NCBI GenBank assembly: GCA_965215605.1
Contig: OZ244070.1
Location: 1,376,001-1,440,000, forward strand
From: an uncultured Candidatus Binatia bacterium
Lineage (GTDB): Bacteria > Desulfobacterota > Binatia > UBA9968 > JAJDTQ01
DNA length: 64,000 nt
Reading direction: 5' to 3'
Both the position numbers and the translations under genes were made by a program. The notes below the pieces were generated by a model that saw only the letters and a list, made by a program, of their open reading frames with translations, did not search any database and was not told the DNA's origin. Positions 50,305-58,946 of the stretch are shown here, piece after piece (within the stretch, counting starts at the first letter, position 1; every line of letters begins with the position of its first letter).

Positions 50305-51842
50305 AGATTCCCTCCGCAGACTTCCTTCGTCCCGCCGTGGCAGTGAATCCCGTGCACGCGATATGCCTGTTTGTCCTTCTGCAGATCTATTTCGCCAGCA
50401 ACCTGCTCTCGTTCGGGTTCTGGAAATCGGGCGACGGCGTGTTCGAATACATGCTCGTATTCTACGGAGCATGGCTCGCCGGGCTTGTGCTGCTACTGTC
50501 GTTGTTTCTGGCCAAAGGCCGACGTTTCAACCGATCGTGGCTCCCTCTGGCGGTCCTGGTCGTTCTGAGCATTCCGTTTGCCTGGGACGTCTGGATTCGA
50601 TCCATGGAGATCGATAGCAGCGCGGTGCGGAAGGCACTTCGCGTCTTGCTCTTCGCAGTCATGTACTTGTACTTCCGCATCGGGCTCCGGCGGGTCCGCG
50701 GAACAGCCTGCGCCCTCCTCCTCGTCGGCGTGCTATCGTTCGCGTCGCACGCCGGGCTTTCCCTCCCCACCGGGTCATCCCGTGACTTCGATACGGTCGA
50801 GATGGACAAGAGGCCGAACATCCATGTCATCATGCTGGATTCGTTCACGCACTCGGCCTTCTCACGCGAATACATGGGCGTCGACAATACCGCTGCGGAC
50901 TATCTGGCAACGCTCGGCGACACGATCAACGCGGGCAGCCTGGGATTCGTCGAGAGTGTCCCCACCAGCCGCTCCTGGAGCACGCTGTTCAATCTGGGGC
51001 GGGAGAACCGCGATCGCGGCGTCTTTTCGGGTTCATCGCCGAGCCGCTTGACCGTATTGCTGCGGCGAAACGGTTACAGCATCAGCACCGGGTTTTCCAA
51101 TGAGTTTTTTGGTTGGAGGAAGGGCGACTTTGTCGACCATTACTACAAGGGGAAAGCTCAAGAGTTGAAATACGACCTCGTCTGTGTGTCCCCGTACGGA
51201 AAACTCGGGTTCTGTTCCGAATTCTCGCAATCCGTTTTCTCCGGATTCTACGTCGCGGAATCCGAGGACGAGGACAAGCGCGAGAACAGGACGAAGGAGT
51301 GGCCCGAAACGGTCCTCGATCTGATCGACCGCGCGGAACGGAGCGCAACAAGCCCCCTGTTTTCCGCCTTCTACATTTATTCGCCCATCGGGCACGCTTC
51401 GTGGGATTTCCGCAAGGAAGACAGGGAGATGCTTGCGGCATATACACGACAATTCGTCGAGGGGGTGCGACGCGCACATCAGGTGATTGAAGACATTGAC
51501 CGCTTGAGGAGGCGATATTCCGATTCCATCTTCATCGTTTCCGGAGATCACGGGCCGTTTCAGACCCGGTATACGCGGCGACGTGGGCGGGAAAAAGACC
51601 GCCGGTTTTACGTCCTCGGTCAACACAGCGTGGCGGTGGCGTTGCTGAACGCCTCAAACCTGTGCCCGTGGTCGAGGGACTGGCTGACCCGGCAACGGTA
51701 TCTGACCCCGAGCCGCATGCTCGTCGCATCCCTCGCCTGTGACGGCGACAACAGACGTTTGACCGAGCATTTCACGGACAACGAGGAGTTCATACGGCTC
51801 GGCAACTCGTTCGCCACAAGCGGAGCGAGTTCGCCGGACTAG
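50301..51842 (+). CDS. membrane-anchored sulfatase/alkaline-phosphatase-superfamily protein (NoeB-like)
   Basis: ATGA overlap; about 5 N-terminal TMs; PNIHVIMLDS and IFIVSGDHG. Confidence 0.7.
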   Translation: MKIPSADFLRPAVAVNPVHAICLFVLLQIYFASNLLSFGFWKSGDGVFEYMLVFYGAWLAGLVLLLSLFLAKGRRFNRSWLPLAVLVVLSIPFAWDVWIRSMEIDSSAVRKALRVLLFAVMYLYFRIGLRRVRGTACALLLVGVLSFASHAGLSLPTGSSRDFDTVEMDKRPNIHVIMLDSFTHSAFSREYMGVDNTAADYLATLGDTINAGSLGFVESVPTSRSWSTLFNLGRENRDRGVFSGSSPSRLTVLLRRNGYSISTGFSNEFFGWRKGDFVDHYYKGKAQELKYDLVCVSPYGKLGFCSEFSQSVFSGFYVAESEDEDKRENRTKEWPETVLDLIDRAERSATSPLFSAFYIYSPIGHASWDFRKEDREMLAAYTRQFVEGVRRAHQVIEDIDRLRRRYSDSIFIVSGDHGPFQTRYTRRRGREKDRRFYVLGQHSVAVALLNASNLCPWSRDWLTRQRYLTPSRMLVASLACDGDNRRLTEHFTDNEEFIRLGNSFATSGASSPD

Positions 51843-52609
51843 CCTTTGCTCCTATTGCGATAGAGCGCGGTGGTGCGCGGGATGCCGAACTGCAGGAGGC
51901 GGAATCCCGCTTCCACGAGGAACTCGTTCACTTCGACGAACGTATGAGCCTCCTGACGGCCACGCTCCGGCCCGCAATCCACGGTGACGAAGTCGACAAA
52001 CGGCAGAAGCCCGGTAGCGCCCTCCAGAATCTCGGGTTCGGCGCCCTCACCTTCCACCTTCAGGACCACCGTGCCCGTGCGGGCCGAGAGGTCGACCGCC
52101 GCGTCGAGACGTACGGCGTCTACGGTTCGGCGTACCACGGTGTCACCCGGGTCGATGACCGAACTGTCGGCGGAGTCGGGCTTCGAAAAGAACTCCAGGG
52201 TGGTGTTCCGGTTCCAAAGCGCCTTCCGGATCGTCTTCGGTTCGCCTTCGTAGGCGTTGAGGTCGACGCAGCGGGCCTCGACGGTTTCCGGCTCGAACGC
52301 CAGGTATTCCACGTTCTTCGATCGAGCCCAGATGCCCAACTCGCCGATATTCGCGCCGCAGTCGATCAAGAGGCTGCCCGCTCCCATCGGCACGTGCTGC
52401 AGGTGGTACGCCTGGACCAGTTGCTCCATCAGGCGGCCGATACCGCGTTTGTATCGAAGATGGCGGCCACGGCGGCAAAAGAAGAGCCGGCCGGTGGCGT
52501 CGGAGGCATGGAGGATCTCGCCCTCGTCGAACGGCGCCAGACGTAGAGGCCGCCCCCTGACGAAATTGCGGGCGTTCACGATCCGGCAGTACAGCGCGAG
52601 TGGAGTCAC
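51839..52609 (-). CDS. FkbM-family methyltransferase
   Basis: IDCGANIGE, AFEP, RLD, LKVEGEGAEPEIL.G. Confidence 0.85.
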   Translation of the reverse strand: MTPLALYCRIVNARNFVRGRPLRLAPFDEGEILHASDATGRLFFCRRGRHLRYKRGIGRLMEQLVQAYHLQHVPMGAGSLLIDCGANIGELGIWARSKNVEYLAFEPETVEARCVDLNAYEGEPKTIRKALWNRNTTLEFFSKPDSADSSVIDPGDTVVRRTVDAVRLDAAVDLSARTGTVVLKVEGEGAEPEILEGATGLLPFVDFVTVDCGPERGRQEAHTFVEVNEFLVEAGFRLLQFGIPRTTALYRNRSKG

Positions 52610-52724
52610 ATCAGGAACTTTCCGTTTCGCCGGGTCTCTCGCCGCAGATGTGTCCGTTTGATCGACCTACCGTCTGGTAGCGAAGAAACGGGCATGGTTG
52701 CCTGTTGTCGCCGCCAGCGTAGTG

Positions 52725-53579
52725 TCACAATGCTGTCAAGCGTGCTCTCGAAGACGCAATCGCTCCGGGCAAGTCCCCTTCTGCCTTTTCCAAACGCCGC
52801 AAGGCTTTGCGGACCGGATCCCTTTCCGGGGCGAGCCTTCGGCGTAGCGATGCCCAACGCTTCTTTGCGTAGACTGCCATCTTGCCGCCGACAGTGAACG
52901 GCGCGACATGGTCGTGCAGATGGCGGCCGTACCCGAGATGGCGGCAGGCCGGGGCCGCGAGAGCTGCGTGGGAAAAACCGAGTTTTTGATAGCAGTTGGA
53001 TACGAGTCGTTCGGTCACTCCAACATTGCGGTAAGGGCCTATGATTCTGTAGTCACGCATTCGTCGCAATCCGGGATTGAATGACAACCCCGCCAAGGGG
53101 CGAAACGAACGATCCATGATGAAAGGATCCAGGGCAAAAAATCGGACCCCCGAAAACGATAGAGGCCCGGGAAGACATCGATTCGAGGCAAAAAATTCTT
53201 CGCGACCGTTGAAGTCCGCCAAGTTCACCATGGAAAAACAGTCGAACTCCTTCAGAATGGTGAACGACTCCTCGACAAATTCGTCCGCAAAAAACTCCCA
53301 GTCATCCTCGCAATGGAAAATCCATTCGGTTTCTATTGCTTGATACAGCCGGTCGATGCTTTTCACCTGCCCCAAAGGCGGATCGTTGATGATGACGTCA
53401 ATCTTTCCGAAATACCCTGTAAACTGTCCGATGACATCGCGTACACGCGGGTCGCCTGAATCCTCGACGACGAGCACTCCCGCAAGCGGCCCGTCCAGTC
53501 GGGGCAGGAGCGTGCGCAACGTCCGTTCCAGAAGATCGAATCGTCCGCAACTCGTCAACGCAACGGTGTAAGGTTCCAT
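52725..53579 (-). CDS. GT-A fold (GT2-like) glycosyltransferase
   Basis: TSCGRFDLL.RTL, IFHCEDDWEF, SFNPGLRR, HLG.GRH. Confidence 0.8.
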   Translation of the reverse strand: MEPYTVALTSCGRFDLLERTLRTLLPRLDGPLAGVLVVEDSGDPRVRDVIGQFTGYFGKIDVIINDPPLGQVKSIDRLYQAIETEWIFHCEDDWEFFADEFVEESFTILKEFDCFSMVNLADFNGREEFFASNRCLPGPLSFSGVRFFALDPFIMDRSFRPLAGLSFNPGLRRMRDYRIIGPYRNVGVTERLVSNCYQKLGFSHAALAAPACRHLGYGRHLHDHVAPFTVGGKMAVYAKKRWASLRRRLAPERDPVRKALRRLEKAEGDLPGAIASSRARLTAL

Positions 53580-53826
53580 TCCAGGCATTCCTAGCCACAA
53601 AGACCGAATCCCTGCCTCCAGATTCCGTCTGAGTCAAGCGAGGCGATGTGTATCGAACTCGGCAAAGACCATCGGTCCCCATGGGACTCGGCCTCCGCCG
53701 GGAAAGATGCCTTTATAGCGGCATGCCCCTGGCTTTGCCAGCAGCGGCAGTGGAGGGAGCCGACCCGAGGAAATCGCGGATCTCCGGATCATCACCCCCA
53801 TCGCCGACCAGCAACCCCGATAGTCC

Positions 53827-53855
53827 TTGTCGCGTGTCAATGCCGTTGCTATGAT
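53827..53855 (+). promoter_or_regulatory. sigma70 promoter (extended -10) with predicted +1 on the start codon (leaderless)
   Basis: TTGTCG-N17-TATGAT (TGc extension)-N6-ATG(53862). Confidence 0.62.
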
Positions 53856-53861
53856 TGGATC

Positions 53862-54320
53862 ATGACGGAAGCAATCGCCTTCGACACTCATCGCTTCGTC
53901 AAGCACCTGACCGAGAGCGGCTTCACCGAGAGACAGGCCGAAACTCTCGCCGAAGAGCACGTCGCCCTCCTCAATGCCAATCTCGCCACCAAGGCCGATG
54001 TCGCCAGGGTTGAGGCCGGTATCGAAGCGCTGCGGCAGGAAACCAAGGCTGGTATCGATGCCCTGCGGCAGGAAACCAAGGCCGACATCGCCAGGGTTGA
54101 GGCCGGTATCGAAGCGCTGCGGCAGGAAACCAAGGCTGGTATCGATGCCCTGCGGCAGGAAACCAAGGCCGACATCGCCAGGGTTGAGGCCGGTATCGAT
54201 GCGCTACGGCAGGAAACCAAGGCTGCCATTGAAGCGGTGAAGGCTGACCTTGTTAAATGGCTGTTCGGCGGGATGATCGCGCAGGGTGGTCTGATCGTCG
54301 CACTCGTCAAACTTCTTTAG
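53862..54320 (+). CDS. DUF1640/CCDC90-like coiled-coil membrane protein, copy B (152 aa)
   Basis: Near-identical head and anchor to copy A with a different repeat order. Confidence 0.9.
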   Translation: MTEAIAFDTHRFVKHLTESGFTERQAETLAEEHVALLNANLATKADVARVEAGIEALRQETKAGIDALRQETKADIARVEAGIEALRQETKAGIDALRQETKADIARVEAGIDALRQETKAAIEAVKADLVKWLFGGMIAQGGLIVALVKLL

Positions 54321-54645
54321 CCGCGCGCTTCTCCCAAAGGCATCGAGATTCGCGATTCCGAGCCATTGAGGGACACGGTTGCGCCGGGTTATGAGTCCCG
54401 GCATGGTGTTGCAACAGTGTTGAACCGACGAGTTGACGCTGAGTCTTCAGCCTGTCACCTGCTCGTTTGCGATCACGATTTTCTGTGCTGAGTCAGTGGG
54501 TTAAAGACTTCCAACTGGCCCGTTCGCCGCGCCGGGCCGCCGCCAATCGAGGAAATCGACGCCAGTTGATGGATAACCGCCATGGACTGTTGCGGAGCCT
54601 TGGACAGCCTATGGAGACGATTCCGAACCGCTTCGTCGTGCGTCC

Positions 54646-55482
54646 TTGGACCGCAAACTCGCCGAACTGCGCGTGGACGGTCCGGCACCGGAGTGGTATC
54701 GCCGGTCATGCGACATCCTGAGGGGCGGCGACGGCGGCGAACATGGACTGCTTCTCTACAAGCTGGTCCGTCAGCACCAAGTCGAAAATCGGCCTCTTGT
54801 GGTTCTGGATGTGGGCACCGCCAGAGGGTTCTCGGCCGTAACCATGGCCCGCGCCCTGTGCGAAACGGTCTCGGGTTGTATCTACACCATAGACGTCGTC
54901 GACCACCATCAAGCGCGCAACTGGCACGTCGAGAAGCAACCGCCGGGGGATCCGTTGGCCGGAATGACGCTCAGCCGGGCCGAGATCTGGCATCGATGGT
55001 ATTCGCATGAAGCGGACTTGGTCTCGCCGCTCAAGGGCCGCTCCTGGGATCTCCTGGCCGTTTGGACCCACGGACCCATCGATGTCGCCTTCCTCGACGG
55101 TGACCACAATCATGCGGCGGTCAGCAAGGAGCTTGCGCTGCTGAGCCCCTTGATGGCCCCCGACGGAGTGATCGTGCTGGATGACTATCACTTGGTGGCC
55201 AATGTGTTCCGGCTCCGGTCACGGCTCGTCAACCGGCTTGTCGCCGAGATCGGCAAGGGCTTGAGGGGTCCATGGCCGGCAGCCGCGCAGCGCTTGCGTC
55301 TCGGTACGGACAACGAGTTCGTCGTGGTGAAGCAGAAATTCTCCGGCATCACGGCCGCGGTTCACGAGTTCCTCGTCGGTCAACAGGATCGGTGGGCGCT
55401 CGAGGTCGTACGGATGCCGGCGCAAGGCGAACAGGAAGACGAAGACTATGGCTTGACCGTCCTTACAAGAGCAATGGACTGA
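54646..55482 (+). CDS. class I SAM methyltransferase (Methyltransf_24-like)
   Basis: VLDVGTARGFS, IDVAFLDGDH, GVIVLDDY; start uncertain. Confidence 0.8.
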   Translation: MDRKLAELRVDGPAPEWYRRSCDILRGGDGGEHGLLLYKLVRQHQVENRPLVVLDVGTARGFSAVTMARALCETVSGCIYTIDVVDHHQARNWHVEKQPPGDPLAGMTLSRAEIWHRWYSHEADLVSPLKGRSWDLLAVWTHGPIDVAFLDGDHNHAAVSKELALLSPLMAPDGVIVLDDYHLVANVFRLRSRLVNRLVAEIGKGLRGPWPAAAQRLRLGTDNEFVVVKQKFSGITAAVHEFLVGQQDRWALEVVRMPAQGEQEDEDYGLTVLTRAMD

Positions 55483-55492
55483 CTGGAACCCT

Positions 55493-56218
55493 GTGCGCTG
55501 CTTCCGTAACAACAGGCAACCGAAGCGGTTGGAACGCCAGTTACAGAACTTCGACGACAAGGCGCAAGGCACCATTTCGCAGGTTCAACCCTTCACCATG
55601 CTGTCGATGGACCGCGTGTTCACCCTGATAGAAGCTGCGCGGTATGTCGCCCGGTATTCCATACCGGGCGCCGTCGTGGAATGCGGCGTCTGGCGCGGCG
55701 GAGGCGTCATGGCGATGGCGAGGACCCTTCGCCAGCTCGGCGTGACGGACCGGCCCTTCTATCTGTACGACACCTTCGCCGGAATGACGGAACCGACTGA
55801 AAAGGACAAGAAAATCGACGGGACGGCGGACGCGCGGGAGCACTACCGCCAGGTCCGGACGGGACCGGATTCTTCTGATTGGTGCCGCGCCGGCCTCGAG
55901 GAAGTCATGGGCAATTTGGACACTACCGGCTATGATCCGAAACGCATCGTGACCGTGGAAGGACGAGTCGAGGATACGATACCCGCCACCGTGCCCGAGG
56001 AAATCGCGATCCTGCACCTGGACACCGACTGGTACGAATCGACACGGCACGAAATGGAGCACCTGTTCCCGAGGCTCGTGTCCGGGGGCGTCCTGATCGT
56101 CGACGACTACCATCACTGGGCCGGCAATCGAGAGGCCGTCGACGAGTACCTGGCAACGGCGGATGTCCCCGTCCTGCTGACCAAGGTGGATTCCAGCGTG
56201 GTGGGTGTGCGGCCGTGA
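55493..56218 (+). CDS. TylF/MycF/NovP-family O-methyltransferase
   Basis: VECGVWRGG, YDTFAG, LHLDTDWYEST, GGVLIVDDY. Confidence 0.92.
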   Translation: MRCFRNNRQPKRLERQLQNFDDKAQGTISQVQPFTMLSMDRVFTLIEAARYVARYSIPGAVVECGVWRGGGVMAMARTLRQLGVTDRPFYLYDTFAGMTEPTEKDKKIDGTADAREHYRQVRTGPDSSDWCRAGLEEVMGNLDTTGYDPKRIVTVEGRVEDTIPATVPEEIAILHLDTDWYESTRHEMEHLFPRLVSGGVLIVDDYHHWAGNREAVDEYLATADVPVLLTKVDSSVVGVRP

Positions 56219-56224
56219 CGTGAT

Positions 56225-57673
56225 TTAATGGCCTGCCGGAATGTCCCTGACCGTCTCGGTCGTGTCTTGGAGAGTAACCCCAAGCCGGTAAGCCAACACC
56301 ATTATCAACCAAGTGGGGTTCGTGATCCCGTTGGAAGGGAACACGTTCGATCCCACGCAGTAGAGATTTTCGAAACCTCTCACTCTTAGGTCGGTATCCA
56401 AGGTCCCGTACGTCTCCCCATCCACAATCGGCGTGGTACAGCTTGGATGCAACCCGGTGTAGACGTTCTTCTCGCCGAGTTGCCCAAGGCTCATATTCCT
56501 GACGTTCGCGCCAAACAATTCTTGCAGTTGCGACTGATGCCCAAGAATCGTGCCCGCATCCAGCCGATGGCTGATGTCTATCTTCTTCAAACCGAATTCG
56601 TCCTCATTCGATGAAAGGGATACCTGATTGCAGTCATCCGGCGGCTGCGAGAAGAACAACTCCAGGGACCGAAGGCCGCGGGCGGTCCCCCTGACCGCGA
56701 GTCGTGCGAAGCGGCGAGCCCAACGGTTGACGTGCCGGTCCATGAACGCCATAGCGACTTTCATCACGATGTGCCGCGTCCGGTACATCGTGCGCCGAAA
56801 GACCTTGATCGCCGGCGCCGGTGCGTCGATCTGAACGCCCACCATCCCCTCGTCGCTCTCCAGAACCAGACAGTCTTCCAGGTTGCCGTTTTCATTGCTT
56901 GTGGTCTGCAAGTACCCCTTCAGTATGTTGGCGAAGGGGTCGACCGACTCCATGCGCCCCACGTTGAAATGGAGGTGGTCGCAGAGTTGACCGTAAGCGG
57001 TACGGCCATTGCTGGATTCGAGACCGGGAGCGAGCAGGTTCAACAACAGATGGGTGTTGCCCAACCCGCCCGCGGCCAGGATGACACCGTGGCGTACGGA
57101 TACCGTCTTTCGGCACCCGGCTCTCGAACCCAGTTCGATGGACGTCACCCGCCCACGTGAGCTTGTCAGGCCGACGAGGCTGTGTTCCTCCAGGACATCT
57201 ACGTTCGGCGCATGTTCCAGGTTCAAATACTCGTAAAGATTTCCCCAGTTGGATCGGTACGACCTGTGAAACACCGCACCACTCGCATGCTGACGTATGT
57301 CGTGCAGCCAGGAATGCGGCACTCCAAATCTCTCAGCCAACCCCGCCGAGAACCGTCGCAACTCTTCAAAACCTACCGGCCAGTCCTTCAGCTCTTGCGG
57401 CGTGGGTAGATATACCTTGCCGGACCACAACGCGGTGTTGCCTCCGAGGGCGCCGCTGAACGCGGGCGTGTAGTGGGTGGGGCATTGGCTCACAAACGGG
57501 AGCGGTTGTCTCACGGCCGGGGACGCCGCGTGGTGCGTAGCGATATCCGCCAACAGGATCGACGACGTGGCGGGTAGTGAATGCGCCAGGACGCTGCCCG
57601 CCGCACCCGTTCCGACGATCACGTAGTCGTAGGTGTCGCGCATGGTTCTGTCGGCCGGGTCCCCGACGGTCAT
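56225..57673 (-). CDS. GMC-family FAD oxidoreductase
   Basis: YDYVIVGTGAAG, LGGNTALWSG, ILAAGGL, HPSCTT, NLYCVGSNVFP...NPT; TGATG overlap. Confidence 0.85.
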   Translation of the reverse strand: MTVGDPADRTMRDTYDYVIVGTGAAGSVLAHSLPATSSILLADIATHHAASPAVRQPLPFVSQCPTHYTPAFSGALGGNTALWSGKVYLPTPQELKDWPVGFEELRRFSAGLAERFGVPHSWLHDIRQHASGAVFHRSYRSNWGNLYEYLNLEHAPNVDVLEEHSLVGLTSSRGRVTSIELGSRAGCRKTVSVRHGVILAAGGLGNTHLLLNLLAPGLESSNGRTAYGQLCDHLHFNVGRMESVDPFANILKGYLQTTSNENGNLEDCLVLESDEGMVGVQIDAPAPAIKVFRRTMYRTRHIVMKVAMAFMDRHVNRWARRFARLAVRGTARGLRSLELFFSQPPDDCNQVSLSSNEDEFGLKKIDISHRLDAGTILGHQSQLQELFGANVRNMSLGQLGEKNVYTGLHPSCTTPIVDGETYGTLDTDLRVRGFENLYCVGSNVFPSNGITNPTWLIMVLAYRLGVTLQDTTETVRDIPAGH

Positions 57674-58746
57674 CAATTGACGCCTTTCAAGAGTTTCCTC
57701 TTGATGCGGCCAAGACCGAGAGCCTTGAACCCGCAGTGCTGCAAGACACGTGTGGCGATGCGGCGATCTCCAGTCCCAATGCCCGCCCTCAGCAGCGATA
57801 CAAGGCCGTGCCGTGGCATGTACGAAAGATTCGGCGGTTGAGCGAAACCGAACCTCCGGCGGCCGAGGTTCGCCCACGCTTTCGAATAGGCGTCCAGGGA
57901 ACTCCAGAGCGCGTCGTCGCGCGGCATGTTCACGACTTCGACGAGCTTGTCGAGCTGCCAACCTTTGGAGAGGGACATCACCAGCAGGTCCGCCTTCGGA
58001 TGATGCAGGGCATAGAACAGTCGCGCGGCGTCTTCGGTGATGTCGAGCTCGTCGAGCAGGCCGGTCAAATTGTCCCGCTGGGCCCGAAAGGTCTCCGCCG
58101 GTTTGGTGTACCTTGACGGAGGACAGTACCAATCGCCGAATCGTTGAATTCCGTCACCAAAGGCCCGCAGAAAGATCATCTTCTCACCGTCGACACGCCG
58201 GGCAAGGAAATCCTCGGTGAACTCCCGTTCGACCAGGGAGCAATGAACAGCCCAAGAGACATCTTCGCGGCCGGCCAGCGGCTCGAAACTGTTGCAGTCG
58301 TGGTACAGAGGGGAGAAATAGAAACGCGAAATCCCGTACTTGCGCTTCATTCGGTCCAGGAAGGCAAAGAAATCGGCGGTATGATGGTTTTGCAGCATGC
58401 GCAGCGGTCGCAGGTCTCCGGCTATCTGCACTTCGAAAAACGGTACGTCGGGAAACAACCGTCTGGTCAGCCGGATCTGCAGTTCCGGCATCGCCGCCTC
58501 GGAGAAATCCACTTTCGCAATGGTGCGGCCTCGCGCGTGTTCAGGAATGTGAAACCGTTTCAAGTATTCGAACGAACGGCCATAGGTGGGCGAAACATGC
58601 AGGTGGGCATGGTGTTCCAGAGCACGAAGGATCGTTTCGCACATCCGGACCTTGTAATCCTTTGGCAAGGGTCTACCCAACCTGCCAGTGCCGACGGCGA
58701 GGCTACGGAGGTCCATCGTGCTTGAAGTGAGCGTGTCAAAGGTCAT
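57673..58746 (-). CDS. divergent aldo/keto reductase-fold protein
   Basis: AVGTGRLG, HVSPTYGRS, IAKV, CSLVERE, RAFGDG and YALHHP follow the AKR motif order. Confidence 0.55.
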   Translation of the reverse strand: MTFDTLTSSTMDLRSLAVGTGRLGRPLPKDYKVRMCETILRALEHHAHLHVSPTYGRSFEYLKRFHIPEHARGRTIAKVDFSEAAMPELQIRLTRRLFPDVPFFEVQIAGDLRPLRMLQNHHTADFFAFLDRMKRKYGISRFYFSPLYHDCNSFEPLAGREDVSWAVHCSLVEREFTEDFLARRVDGEKMIFLRAFGDGIQRFGDWYCPPSRYTKPAETFRAQRDNLTGLLDELDITEDAARLFYALHHPKADLLVMSLSKGWQLDKLVEVVNMPRDDALWSSLDAYSKAWANLGRRRFGFAQPPNLSYMPRHGLVSLLRAGIGTGDRRIATRVLQHCGFKALGLGRIKRKLLKGVN

Positions 58747-58946
58747 TGGAACTCGCTTTCCGGCGCAAATAGCTCAAATTGACGGAGTTTGCCATACCTC
58801 CCCCCTTGGCGGCGACGGCGTCGAGGTTCCGGAAGGGTTGCGGCTATCGTTTACTTGGGGGATAATCCCCGAGTACGAACATGGGACAATTCCTTGGGCG
58901 CCGGCATGAGGCCGGCGCGTGGACGGCTATAGCAAAGGAGGATGGT

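Noticed and set aside
25986-54320. Diversity-generating retroelement behind the paralogous repeats
   Set aside because: No reverse transcriptase in the window, and differences are mainly repeat-number changes rather than adenine-specific substitutions
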